64,000 nt of DNA. Source: Amoebophrya sp. A120. Its lineage: Eukaryota > Protista > Dinoflagellata. Numbering within the stretch: the stretch's first letter is position 1; every line of letters starts with the position of its first letter. The DNA is taken from the NCBI GenBank assembly GCA_905178155.1, contig CAJINV010000001.1:1035326-1099325 (forward strand), written 5' to 3'. A program made the translations under genes and the position numbers. Positions 11,454 through 24,199 of this stretch are shown here, piece by piece. The notes below the pieces were generated by a model, which was given only the letters and a program-made list of their open reading frames with translations, was not told the origin of the DNA and made no database searches.

Positions 11454-14400
11454 TTACGCCCCCGGGGTCATCTTCAGGCCCAAACTGGTCATGTACTCTG
11501 ACAGCGCATCCTTGGCCTTCTTGAGGTTGTCGATCTCCTCTGCGAATGAAGCACAAAAACCTTTGGGTGGTCTTCTGAAGAGGACAAAGGACAAACCACT
11601 ACCAAGGTCATCTTCTTGATCTTTTCATCTGTTGCTATTTCGACGCATGTTCTCCTTGCATAAGTAGCTCCTCTCTTTTTTTCGGCTTCTCCTTACTTCA
11701 TGCCCACTTCCAATACAGCTTCATCACAATATATTAGTTACAACGCAGTAGTACCTCTAGCTCGATAAAAACTTCGGACGTGGAAGATTTTTTGTCCTCC
11801 AAAGAACTACCCAAAGAAGTTTTTTTCCCTATTTTCCGGGCCTCCATGCGGCTGGCGTACATGGACTTGTAGTCCTTGCACTTGGCGTCATCACCCGTAA
11901 CCACCTTGACCATGGTGGCCTTCGTGGTGTCCAGATCGGATTGCACGACGCGGAGGTCATCCGACTTGGACAGCGATTTTGCCGTGTTGTCCTTGAACCC
12001 GAGTTTGTTGCGCTTCTCGATGAGCTGCAACCGCTTCAAGTTCGTCTGGTGGTCTTCCTCTTCGTTCTCGATCGCGGCGCCCAGCTCCTTCTCCACGCGC
12101 TCGCTCTCCGTCATGGCGTATCAGAATGAAAACCCCCCCTACCCATATCAAAACGAAGGCTCTGACGCTGGCTTTGCGTACACAAATCAGATCTGTCTTG
12201 CTGGCGAGGACTGCAGAGCCATGCTGAGCCTGAGTAGACAGGTTTTGACCCAGGCACTGAGCATGGCAGACGTCTGCGCTTCAGGCGCAACAGCATGACA
12301 AACCGCCTGTAGAATGCGGCGGAGCCTGTGGAGTTGCCTTCATGCAACATAGAGACGATTTGTGGTCACAAATCAGCAACACAAATTTTCGAAAACGTGC
12401 CTTGTATATATGGGGAGGGCGGGTTTTCCTTTTGATATGGCGGCCTGGTACTTTTCAATCACCTTGTCCACCTCGTTCAGCACGATCTCACCGCCGGACT
12501 CCGTGCGGCCCTTGAACACGTTGGTGAGGGCGATCTTGGCCTGCTCCAAATTGCCGAAATCCTCTTTCAGCTGCTCCTGCTCCACCTTATTGGCGTCCAA
12601 ATCCTGCGTCAGTTGGTCGTGCGCCTTCACGTTGTCCTCCACCGCCTTGTTAATGTCCGTTGTCGCCTGTTCTGCCTTGTCCTTGTGCGAGGACGCGGTG
12701 TTGTCCAGAGCCTCAATGGCCTGCTCCAGCTCCTCCTTCGTGGTCTCAAGATCCTGAATGCGCAGGGTGAGCTCGTTGTCCTTCTGCTGGCACCAGGTCT
12801 TGGAGAAAAATGGAAACGAAAAATCCGAAAGCGATTGTGAACAGCCTGTCTTTTTCTTGATCGTGTCCATGTGCGAGTTTCAGCTCGTGACACCAAAAAT
12901 ATTATTGCATGACAGTTTATTGTCCGGGTCTTTCGACAACCTGAAAGCGCAAAAACGGGGGTAAGTTGTACTTTGGCAGTAGAAGGGGACTTCTTGTTGT
13001 TTACCGCAATAGAAAAAAGCCGCTTTTTGTTCGCTTGGATTGTGCAAGGATAACTTCTGGTCCTCTTCCTGTTGCTTGTACATAGTGTCGGACAATTTGT
13101 CGATCTCGGAGGCGATCTTTGCAAAAGCATCGGCAGCACCTGCAAAGGAAAGAATGTTAATGTTGCAATAAACATGTTCTTGTTGCCGGTTTTTGATTTC
13201 TACACTGGTGCCCGCGCATCTAAACCGACAGATAAAAGCGACCAGATTATCCAAAAATACCGTACAACTCTTTCAAAGCTTCGAATGGCGACATCAATTC
13301 CTAAACTTACTCCTACTACCTGGCTTCTGGTCCAGGGCCAGCTTGAGCATCTCGGCCGCGCGGCTCTTTCCGGACATCGTGGCGAGGAGGTCCAGCACCA
13401 CCTTATTCGGGGCGCTCCGCATCTGCAGGAACCCCGGCACTACGGTCTTTTGCTGCAGCAGAATCGTTTTCTCAGCCTGCAACAACGCGGCCGCGGCGGA
13501 GGGCTTGCCCAGAATGTCCAACGCGGCGGACAGAGCCTTCACGCGGTTGTCCGCGTCCTCGATCTCGCCCTCCAACGCCATGCGCTTCTCCGCGCAGGAA
13601 GCCGTCTTCGCCTTTTTCGACGCCTTTTCCGCATTCAGATTGGAGATCGCGTCCGCCTTGGCCTTCTTGGCCGCGTCCAGCTTTTCGCCCTCGTTGCTCA
13701 AAAAGATGGTCAGCTCCTGAATCGCCCCGTCGTGCGCTTCAATCTGCAGCTGCATCGTCGTCTGTGCCTCCGCGTGAAATTTCTCGCCCATGGTGATGTC
13801 CTGAGAGAGAGATGAAGCATATGGATATTTATAAATTTACTGCGCTCAAAATAAAGCGCAACTCCAACTTCTTTATTTCAAGATTGCAAGGGCATCTTCA
13901 AAGGTCGTGGCATCGGAGTTCAGAAGAACATACAATATGTACTTCAAAACACATTTTTCTATACATCATCGAGTTTCTTCTGATCTTCGAGCATCTTGTC
14001 GCGCAGCAGCGACATGGTGGACGCCAATTTGGACTTGGTCGAGTCGGCGAGCGTTGTGTCCGCCTTGATCTTCGTCATGGCGTCGTCCAGTCCTTTCGTG
14101 GCCCCCTGGAGCTGCCCCATGTCGTAGCCCATGCGGGCCTTCGTCTTTTCGTAGGTGGCCTGCGCCCCGGCTTTGCTGGTCTCGGCAGCATCCTTCAGCT
14201 GCTCTTCCTTCGCCTTCTTGGCCTCCGCGCCCTCAATGGCTTTCTGCGCATCCGCCTCCGCAGCCTCGGCTTCAGTCTAAAGAACAAGATGAAATTTAAA
14301 AATTTTTGGAAACATTTATTCCGCTGCTCCTGATCAACAGAAATGCGCCATACGATTAGAAGTAAAAAATGACTTCGGCTACATCTACAAACAACATCTG

Positions 14401-14720
14401 CATTTTTTTCCCGGTGAAAAAACGTCGTAGTTGATATGCATATCAGTTTAAAATCAAGCGACATGGGAAACAAGTAAAGAGAGCAAGTGCTGCACCTTGT
14501 CTTTGGTTTGCTTTTCTATTTCCTTTTGTATTGTCTCCAGCGCATCCTTGCAGTCGACGTTGTGGTCCGCCAATTCGGGTGTCTTGGTGTCAAATTCACC
14601 CTTCGCTTCACCCTTCAGTTTCTCGAACAGCGTTGTCAAAGTGGTGTACGCCGCGCCCGGAGCAGCCTGGACGAGCCCCGCCCCAGCAGAAGCGAGCAGC
14701 GCCCTGCGCGAAACCCGCAT
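11454..14720 (-). CDS. Secreted coiled-coil protein, dinoflagellate extrusome/trichocyst-matrix-like family
   Basis: Signal-like N-terminus MRVSRRALLASAGAGLVQAA; heptad-rich exons; GFLQ motif; C-terminal RMEAR...EEIDNLKKAKDALS; several GT-AG introns (e.g. 14277-14495) plus C element 12119 (YQAA-MTES in frame). Confidence 0.75.
12119..12437. mobile_element. TIR introner family C
   Basis: C-type TIRs; DR TGGCG/TGGCG. Confidence 0.88.
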
Positions 14721-15282
14721 TGTATCCTGTCCTCTCAACTACCCGATAACTCTACCCCGAGCAACTGCCAATGCGGGGGTCTTCGAAATAAACGAGTAGT
14801 TGTAACAGTTGATTGTTGCGGGACGACCACACAAACTTGCAATGTGTTTTGAAAAAGGCAAGGAAAACGAAACAGTTGGATCTTCTGTCAGATCCCGGTT
14901 GATCGATCAGTGCGTCAACATAAGCACAGAAAAAATAAAGCACACTAAAAACGGCTCACAGAAGAGAACAACCTTGCCGCTTCATCTTTATTGCCACCGT
15001 GCTTGCACTAGTTCCAAATTCCATAACCGAAAATGAGGTTAAAATGCAGAGCAGCTCACTGTACCCCTACGTGCTGCGCGGAAAAATCCTTTCAGTCAGA
15101 TCTTTAGATGTCGCGTCAAATGAGCCGCATTTCGAAACAACTCGTGAGGTCTTTAGATGTAAAGTTGTGCGCCAGTCGAGGTCTCGCTTTATTTTCCTAA
15201 ATGATGAATGAGAACTTGCGATCAACAATGCCAAAGCGCGTCTTTTTCCACAAATATCAAAATCTGCTTTGTTATCCTATTT

Positions 15283-18262
15283 TCACCACGTTCGCTTCCT
15301 TCGCCGCGCCGACTTCCGGTGTTTCGGAAGGGTAGCCGTCCGCCGGAGGGTTTCCCCCGACAGGCTGCTGGCCCGCCGCATCTCGTTTGGTAGGACCGTG
15401 CCGACAAAGGTCTCCAGCTCGTCGTACTGAACATGCAGACGCTGCAGTGCCTGCGACAGCTGCAGCGCTTCGAAGGGGGAGAAGTGGGACGCGACGTCCA
15501 AGTCGCGTCGCAGTTGTTGGACAAGCAGGTGGAGCAGGGGAGGGTGGGAAAACTGCACCTTGCCCATGGCATTTATGTACTTCAAAATATCGGCGGTGGA
15601 CAGGAGCTGATCATCGTCTCGTCGTCCACCCGAAGCGGGTGGTAAAAATGCCGTTTCCGCCGCCCCGTACTGGCTGGTGCTGGCCGATGCTGAACCAGTA
15701 CTACTACTAGAGAGCTGCTGTCCTCGTGGTCTCTCCTCGTAGCTATCTGCAGTTCCTGTGTTACCTCCGAGTGAAGGCGAACACACAGCACGGCCTCGTC
15801 CGGGAGGCAGCCGCTGGAGTTGTAGTACACATCGGGAATGTAGCAAGTCTGCGATGCCCCGCAACAACTCCTCCTCGCAAACGTGGACCTTTCCGTATGC
15901 CTGGGCGACATTGACCCAGTCGGCCGTAGACACGAAGGTAAACTGGTTCCCGGATTATCGAATGCAAATAATGTGGCTGGGAAGTCCTCGTGTGGAAACT
16001 TCTGATGCTGAAATGCGGATGAGATCCCAGCTCTTGCAGCCAAGCATGACACGTTTTTGGACCGCTTTCTGATGCCCGGTACGCATCACAGATTGCGCTT
16101 TCGCACGAGAAAGCAAGTGACTCTTTTGCTGCTCGTGCGTCTTTCATGAATGGAACACATGCATTTACAAGTTCCAACCCTGCACACCCTGAAATATTTG
16201 CAGCTGATACGGAAAACTCTTCCACCAAGTCCTCCAGCTCCTCTTCTTTCCGTTCCGCGGCCGTCCGTGTCTGCGCGGCCCGCCGGCGCAGCTTCCGCAA
16301 CCCCTTCTGACTCTGGCACGGATCATCTTCCTGAGCAAAATTTATTCGAGTAGACAGGGTCGCGGAAAAGACGTCAGAGTCGGCGTGTCGTGATGGGGAT
16401 GAGGATGCCCCGTCGGACAGTACGGTTTGCCCCTCCTGCGGCAGGAAGGAGCGGAACACGGGCCCGAAGTACTCCTTGAATAACTTCTCGTCCTTCACCT
16501 GGAACTTTGCCAGCCCCATCGCCAGATTCAGCACATGCTGGAAGGAGCAGTGGGAATTTCGAATCCCCTCCAGCATCCCGCGAGCCGCGTCCTGTTGCTT
16601 CACGCGCGCGCAAAGGCGCGCAATCAACACTTCGTTGACGACGCCGGCGCGGGCGAACGAGGTGATGGTCTGGCTCATAGCCGGAATGTCGAACGCGTGA
16701 AGGTGCCGCCGAATCAGAATGCCCAAGCGGTCGAACACGTCCGTCGCGTGTTGCGACACACGAAACTTTGCAAAACCGTACGCGAGCTTAGATAACACGG
16801 TCGGAACGGCGGCCACGTCCCACACAGAACAACTCGTTGCACGAGGCTCGGTTTTGTTGTTCGTCGCACTGCTGGCAAAAGTACTTCTTGGTTTTCTGTT
16901 TCCCAGTAATGCCCCGTGATCGCTCCAAAGAAACCGATGCGCTTTCCCCCCGTACTGCGGGATGCAGAACGTCTCGCAGCTTTCCAGAAAGGCGGTGGGG
17001 TCCGCGAAATCTCGCAGACGGCACGCCACCCTATCTAACGCACCGCCGTCTTCTACCCGAAGTTTAGCCAACGCGTGCACCAGCTTCGCGCACTCGGGGA
17101 CGGACAACCCTGTACAGTCTCGGAACCCGCCACGGAGAACACCATCGCGGAAAAGCCGCAGCACAGTGTTGAGCTGCAACACGGCCTCGTTATCTTTATG
17201 CGTTTCTCCGACAATCCGCTGCAGCTCGGCCAATCCCACGCAGGCATCCGCAATCTGCACCCGGTCCGCCTCGGTCCAGGTGGTTGTTGCGATTACGTTT
17301 TTCAGCCAGGGTATGTCGAAGAGCTCGGAGAAAATTTCCAGATTCGCACGTTCCGGATGTAGATTTCTTGTTTTATTCCGGTGTAAGGAATCCAAGCATC
17401 CTGCTTTCCTTTTCCAGTTCGAATACAGGGCGAAAACCTCGCTCCAAAACAAGGACGCTACTGCCGATGCGGAGGAAGAAGCGCCAGCGTCGGTCGCATT
17501 GGTGCAATTTACAGCATGTTGTAAGAACTGTTTGCGCATGAACCCCTCGCCCAGGGTCGTATCATACAAAGAAAGCCGGACGCAGTGAGCCCAAAAGTCA
17601 ATTCCGAACTGCTGGCTCATCTCGGCCGCGTCTGGATCATTGACAAGCGAATCTTGCACCTTCAGCACCTGACAGTATGTGAGTGTAGTAGAAATTGCGG
17701 TGTAACTGATCGCGCCTCATCGTGAATACGTTAGAAGAACCTGATGAAAACGCACGCGTATACGTACCTGGTTGAAGAAGTGCAAGTAGGACTCCGCGCT
17801 CACTCCACTTTTGTCCCACTGTAGTGTCACAAGTAGAAAGTGCAGTCCCGCCCTGGCGTCGTATGCCGATGTGAAAAAAAGTTCGCGGAACCGACCCTGC
17901 AGCTTCTTCCAAAACGATTGATCTATCACTCCGGCCTTGTTTCCCGCGTGTGCCTCCCGCGCAAGCTGGGCGACGTTTTTGATTTCGCTAGGCAGCGTAG
18001 CTATGAACTGGTCCACACGGGAGGCGGGGTTTGCTGGCGTAGCCGTCGCTTGCCTGGACGAAGCCAAGCTCCGGTGCCCCGCTCCGGCCTTTGCGCCCGT
18101 CTCCTCGCAGCGGTGCTGCTTTGCAGCTTCCCTCGCCTGCAAGTAGCGAAGGTACTCCACTGCATCGCGACGGGCTTCGGGGGTGACATGTGCCGCTGTA
18201 CTAAAGTTACGGCGCCTCCACGGCATGCGGCCACGCGCTGCGGCGCGATGTCTCTGCAACAT
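15283..18262 (-). CDS. Mitochondrion-targeted helical-repeat (heptatricopeptide/FASTK-like) RNA-binding protein
   Basis: Arg-rich presequence MLQRHRAAARGRMPWRRRNFST; repeats such as ECAKLVHALAKL, VLSKLAYGFAKF, HVLNLAMGLAKF, DWVNVAQAYGKV, DILKYINAMGKV; GT-AG intron about 17669-17767; element 15956 removed gives EFS-GNQF. Confidence 0.75.
15956..16209. mobile_element. Diverged TIR introner family A
   Basis: TATCGAATGCAAATA...TATTTGCAGCTGATA; DR CGGAT/CGGAA; frame restored. Confidence 0.8.
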
Positions 18263-19322
18263 GTCGAATAAGGCCACAACGCGGTGGCTTTCCGATCATT
18301 TTTTTCACTGCGTGGAGAAACCTCGCTTAACTAAGTGGGCTCACTTCCACAGACTCACCTACAGAAACGCTCCCTTCCATTGGTTGTAACGCATGAGAGG
18401 GGGGAGGGTCTGAAGAGGACGCAATACAACACAGCGCAATTATAATTGTTCACAAACAAAGCGATCGCGTTTCGTATCTCGAGCCTCACGGAAACACGAG
18501 TAGTGTGTGTTTGGGACAGATCGCTGCAAGTTCTACAAAGGAAGAACTCTTCGACAAATTATTTGTGTCTCCAGGCTGACAGACGCGAATACAAAGGACC
18601 TCGGATCAAGAACTGCATCGCGGATTTATTTCAGAAAAAATAAAATGGATAAAGTCACAGGTGCAACCGAATAGCTCTATCCGGTTGATACACGAGAAGA
18701 AGAAAAACCGAAGGCACAGGGAGCAGCATACTTAATACCGATAAAGCACGGAGCGAAGGAGCCGGGTTCGTGGGCGTTCACAAAACGGACCGCATGAACT
18801 AAAACAGGAACGTTCCACCTGTCAAACTGGACAAATCCAGCGCACTAAGCGTGTAAACTCGCACGTCCCCAAGGATTCTAAGCACATCTGACCCAGCACA
18901 CTTGCAAGGTCTAAAACCCGACACGAGCTCTTCATCTTTTTATCACGGGAAACCATAGACTCAAATTACACAGCTGCAACCTTATCAAAACTATCGAAAC
19001 AACACGCGCTATCTTCTGTACTGTAGTAAAACCATTGCTATCAGAGGAAAAAAGAACTTATACCATTGCTATCTGAACTACGGAAAAACCTTGAACTTCT
19101 GCTATCTGAACTACGAACATGAAATCTGAACTACAACTAAGTACGTAAAAATGAAAAAAATAAAATGAAAAAATAAAACGGTCTTCAACTCGGTGTCAAG
19201 TAAGGCCACGAAAGTTTGCTTGGAAAGTGCGCACCCAGTGGTCAAGTGCTGCTTCCTCTCGGGTGTGCTGTGACACGGGCGGAAAGTGGGTGTACTACCA
19301 AAAATCTTCAAACCTTCAGCAC

Positions 19323-22300
19323 TCAAAAGCCCTTCTTCGCGGAATCCAAAATGCAATCGCAGTCGTCGCCGGTCTTCTTGCTGACCATTTTGTTGGACTT
19401 GCTATCCAGGATGCAGTCGCAGTCGTCCTTCTTTTTCTGCGCCTTCTCTTTCTGCACCACCATGGCCACGGTCTTCGAGGGTTGCTTGGAATCCAAAATG
19501 CAATCGCAGTCGTCTCCGGTCTTCTTGCTGACCATCTTGTTCGACTTGCTATCCAAAATGCAGTCACAGTATCCTGATTGAAAACGTCCCCACACCAGAG
19601 CTCAAGATGGGAATTCTGCTAGACAAATCACACAGCTTTGGTTGTTTGGCATGACAGGTTTATTTCCCTCGTAGTGTGATCCTGTTTAGCTAGCTCAGAA
19701 GCATCACAGATCTAGCATAGCATGCTGATATCAGCATGACAAATCCCAAAACACGATTAGCAAATGCTTCTCACAGGGCTCCGCATGAGAAACCATTTTG
19801 GCATGCAGAATTGCATGACAACTCTGGGGTGAGGATGTTTTTTCACGGGATACGCAGTCGTCCTTCTTCTGCTTCCTCGCCAGCAGTGGCTTTTTCTCCG
19901 CTGGCTTGCTCGGCGTGGCGCGATATGCATTGCAAATGTCGATCTGGGTCATGTCGCAGATCATATCTTTGCGAGATCATTAGTCATGCCGGTCTGGCGT
20001 GAAGAGGACTCCGAGTTTTGTATTCCGTGGCTTCCTCGAAGAAATCTGTTGTTGCCTGTCCTGCAAATAAAGAACGTTCAACTACATTTCCGCAGCGTTT
20101 TTTGCTGACCAATCCCTGATTTATGCAACATCACAGAGCTTTTCCGAGCAGGACCCAGATGAACTATTTACACTTGATACGCGGACCTGCAGGAAGGACT
20201 CCTCGTCCGAGCTGAGGATCTCCAGCGCGTCCTTCAACCCCGCGATCTCGGCCTCGCGCCGCTTCTGGCGCTCCTCGTAGCTCATCGCCTTGTTGGCGCA
20301 GGCCTCCATGACCCCCTTCAAAAAGTCCGTGGCCGCCTGCAGCGCCTTGTTGGCCTCGGTTAAATCCTCGGACATCATGCCGATGCTCTCCTTCACGCCC
20401 GCCTTCTCCTGCGTCTTGCCCTTCACCTCGGCCTCCTTGGTGGCTTTCGCGACCTGGGACTCCTGCATAAACTTCTCATACTTCTCCACCGCGTCCGACT
20501 CTGCAGCCTCCGTCTCCTGCTTCAGCTTCTCAAAGTCCTCCTGGGCGGTCTCCAGAATGCTGATGATGGTGTTCGCGGCGTCGGTCTGCGGCTGCTGCAG
20601 AAAGCTGGTGCTCTTGCCGTAGAACTCGGACAAGGCGGTGATGGCACCGTTGATGGCCTCGACGGACTCAGCACTGTCCTTGATCACCGCGTCATTCTCC
20701 TTCTTTTCCTATCAAATGCAAAACTACTGTCTGGTTCCGGAAAGTTGCAGTGCTCGAAGGCGTACTAGATGCTCAGCAAACTGCAATATTACCCGACCAA
20801 GCATGACAAGTTTATGAGCTTCTGCGCTGTGGTGCGCATAATTCCGCATGGCAAGATGCGCAAGACCGGCAAGACGGTGCTTTATTCGTGCATTTATTGC
20901 ACCAAAGAACTCAAAGTCGTGTGAAATGAGCATGAGAAATTATTCGCTATCTTCCAGACCACCAAGACATGCTTTATTGCAATGCATATTTCCTTCCCAC
21001 GGATGGCCGTGCGCTCCTTGACGTCCGCGGCTAGCTCGGCCAACTGCGCCTCCAAATCGCTGATCTCCGTGCCCAGCTGCGCGAACTTGGCCTCGGCGGC
21101 GTCGACCCGGCTCTGCAGCTTCTTGGACTCGCCCTTGCGGAGCTTCAGGTCCTTGGTGCCCTTCTCCTTGTCGGCCTTGCACTTGGCCTCCTTGGAAGCC
21201 TCCTTCGCCGCCTCGTCTTCCAACTTTGTGATCATCTCCTTAATCATGCCACGTACCTTCACAAACGGGTCGGCCTGGGCGCTGTTGGCGGCCTGGATCA
21301 GCGCAAATTGGTTGTAGGTGCGCCCCAGTCGGCGGAGCATCAGGCTCACCTTCGCGCGCTTCTGCGTCTCCTCGGAACCAACCTCGTCGGAAATCTGAAA
21401 TTATAACCAAAGGGATTTTTATATGGTGGAAGCGAATTGCGATTAGAACTTCCCACAGGTAAAAAAAAAATTTTAAATTCAAATGCAATGAGCATGCCGT
21501 GGGTCTAATCTTCATGCCCTATCATCATATGCAGCGTCTGAAAAAAATGAGGAAGATGTAAATCGCAACACTTTATGACCGCAGTGATCGCTCAACGTGG
21601 TCTGTCAGATAAATTTCCAATACCTGCAAGAAGGATTCGCCGCCGAACTTGCCACTGAGGATCTCGATCGCCTGCCCGAGGGCGCCGGACTCCTGGGTGG
21701 CTTCCTCCTTCCGTGCGGCCCAGCTCTTGGCCTTGGAGTCGCACTCGGCCTTGGTGTTGGCCAGCTCCTCCGTGTCGGACTTCAGCACTTCCTCGGCGGA
21801 CGCGAGGTCGCCGCCCGCGGTCTTACCCGCGGCCTCGGCCTTGGCCGCGTTCTCCTTGGCTGCTTCCATTTGTTCGGTTTTGCTGGTCTCCTGATTCTTC
21901 AAATCCTGCATCAGCAGCTCAAACTCGTGGCGGGCCTTGAGATCTTTTTCCCGAATACCAGCCAGAACCTCGGCGTTCTTCTCCTGCATGCCCTGAATCG
22001 CGTCCAAAGTTTATGGAGATGAACAAAACTGCCTCTTCGATAAGAAAGGAAGAGATTCTTTAGATTTGCCAATATTTTGTTTCCGAACTTCTTCATTATT
22101 CAATGCGAGAACAAAAGTTCATCGTTGGTCTCTCGTGTTGAACAAGGAAAACTACTCATGTTAATTTTAAAATACAACCCGCAAGACAAAAGATTTCGCA
22201 ACTATTATAACAGTTCCGTGGGTGATGTAGTTCTCGTTAAACTTAAAAGCAGTTGTTTTCAGTCGCATAGAATTCCGCCGGACTTGCTCTGGTAGCTGGA

Positions 22301-24199
22301 CGACACTGCTTGCGGCTGGCCCAGTATGGCATTCTCAACCGTTACACTCTGAACTGTCACATGAATTTGTCACGCAAGACTACCTTAAGCCGCCAGATGA
22401 TCAAGCGGCTTCGCATGACAAATCCCCGAGAAGCGAAGCAGCATCCAAGTCTGTGCCAAATCTGTGATGCGAAAGCAGCAAGCTTGCCCTACTTTTGGCT
22501 GTTGCTGTTCTTGCATCACAAATTCATGGAACAGTTGAGAATGCAACAGTTGAGAACGCCATACCCAGACGGAGCTCGTTCGACTCCTCCAGGAACGCCT
22601 TGATCTTTTGTTGGCTCTCCGCGTCCATCGCAACTGACTCGATGATGGTGGACAGTGCCGTGACGGCGTTCTGGGCTTCCCGAACCGCCTTGCTGGACGC
22701 GATTCCGTCCGTCTGCGTGAAGGACAGGGATCGCTTCAGGACGGAGTATGCCTTCTGCAGCATGGTGTCGGCCTCCACTAGCTCCGCCTCTTCCTTTTGA
22801 AACGTCGCGTGGGCCTCCTTGCGTTTTCTATGCAGGGAAAATCCAACGACAATAAAAGTCATGCCGAACTGTAGCATGTGCCTTAATCAACTCGAAGTAG
22901 AGTATACTACGCCTCATTATCATTTGATCCAGATTGTTCTGCTTACAGCTAGTGCTCCGCCCACGCACAAAGACCATGCGGTGCAGAATACACTTGTATC
23001 TCTATGCCGTTGGATTTCATTTTTCCCTTTGCGTACTCATCAGCAGCCTTTGTTTGCTCGCCCTGCAGTGTGGCAATCTCCGGAGTCAAAGTAGCAACCT
23101 GGAGGGAGAGTTGATGATGAGACTTTTAGATTTACAGCTGTTGGCACTCACTGTACTGCAAGTAGATCGTCGTAATTTCTTGCCCGATAATCATCCATCT
23201 CTTTCTGCTACATGTTTTTTATTCTGACAATCACAGTAGTTCTAGTTTCAATAGTACTACTTATATGCTGTTTCACTTTTTATTTCCCTATGAATAAAAC
23301 TAGCGCAAAATAAATCTCAAGACCTCGTTCGCGAAGCCGGAGGCCTTTGCTGCTTCGTTCTCCACAGTTGCTTTTAACTCCTCAACCTTCTCCCCGCCGT
23401 ACTTCACGTCCGCTTCTCCTTCCGTGGTCGTTTTGATGCACCAATTCTCGAATTCCTCGGCCTCTTTGTCGCCGTCGGTAATTTCCTGTTCCACCTTCGT
23501 CTTCATGTCCGTGAGTAGAGAAATCACTTTTTTGATGCCGCTGTTGCCCGTATGGATTGCAAAAATGTCTGGGTCTGGAAGATTGCAACTTGTCATGCTA
23601 AATCCGACTCATGCAAAAATCTGTGTTGCATGAGTGCAAAAAGCTGCCCACTTTCGGCCAACTTGGGAGGGAGTTTCTCATGCAGGATAGGCATGAAAGA
23701 GACCTCGCAAGCTCTGTCATGCTAGGTCCCGCATTCCAGACCTCAAGGGCCATGGAAAACCTGCATGACAAGTTCACACTCTTCCAGACCCAGACATTTT
23801 TACATTTGATAGCCCGCTTCCGCCCGACTTTTCAGCGCGACCACGGCGCCCGTCGCGCCGGACGCGACGAGAATATCAAAATGAAAAATCCCCCCTCCCC
23901 ATATCAAAACGGAAATCTGTGATGCAGATTTGTTGTCACAAATCAGCTTTGTAATGCTACACGGGAAAAGATGCGGACTGTAGTGCTGGGTGGCGTGGGG
24001 AAGCCTTGCATGTTCAGCATGATAGGAGGCAGCTGGGAGTGGGAAACAGCATGACAAATTGCCTGCAAATGAGGCCACGACTGCGGCTCTTGGCCTTCTA
24101 GCATGACAAGTCGATTTGTGACCTCAAATACAGCATCACAAATTTCGTTTTCGATATGGGGAGGGGGGATTTTTCCTTTCGATAGAGAACACGACGCAT
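19323..24199 (-). CDS. Secreted coiled-coil extrusome/trichocyst-matrix-like precursor with C-terminal DDCDCILDS repeats
   Basis: Reconstructed start MRRVLVASGATGAVVALKSRAEAGNSGIKKVISLL; family motifs EEFENWC, YQSKSGGILDAI, DPFVKVRGMI, SYEERQKRREAEIAGLKDALEIL; SFTQ/SFLQ/ALIQ motifs; 7 TIR introners plus GT-AG introns, the TIR junctions all in frame. Confidence 0.85.
19341..19569 (-). repeat. Coding repeat, four DDCDCILDS units with Lys-rich spacers
   Basis: GGAATCCAAAATGCAATCGCAGTCGTC-like units repeated; one unit is interrupted by the 19570 element. Confidence 0.85.
19570..19852. mobile_element. TIR introner family B
   Basis: B-type TIRs; DR CACAG/CGCAG; KDDC-DCIL restored. Confidence 0.88.
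19924..20179. mobile_element. Decayed TIR introner family A
   Basis: TATGCATTGCAAATG...GACCCAGATGAACTATTTACACTTGATA; DR CGCGA/CGCGG; FLQVR-ATPS restored. Confidence 0.75.
20710..20988. mobile_element. Diverged TIR introner family A
   Basis: A-like TIRs; DR TTTCC/TTTCC; GKE-KKEN restored. Confidence 0.82.
22012..22269. mobile_element. Decayed TIR introner (family K)
   Basis: TATGGAGATGAACAAAACTGC...GCAGTTGTTTTCAGTCGCATA; DR AAGTT/GAATT; GGIL-DAIQ restored. Confidence 0.65.
22325..22563. mobile_element. TIR introner family J
   Basis: TATGGCATTCTCAACCGTT...AACAGTTGAGAACGCCATA; DR CCCAG; LRLG-QPQA restored. Confidence 0.85.
23551..23811. mobile_element. TIR introner family A
   Basis: A-type TIRs; DR GCCCG/GCCCG. 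Confidence 0.9.
23874..24184. mobile_element. TIR introner family C
   Basis: C-type TIRs; DR GAGAA; near-identical to the 37034 copy. Confidence 0.92.
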
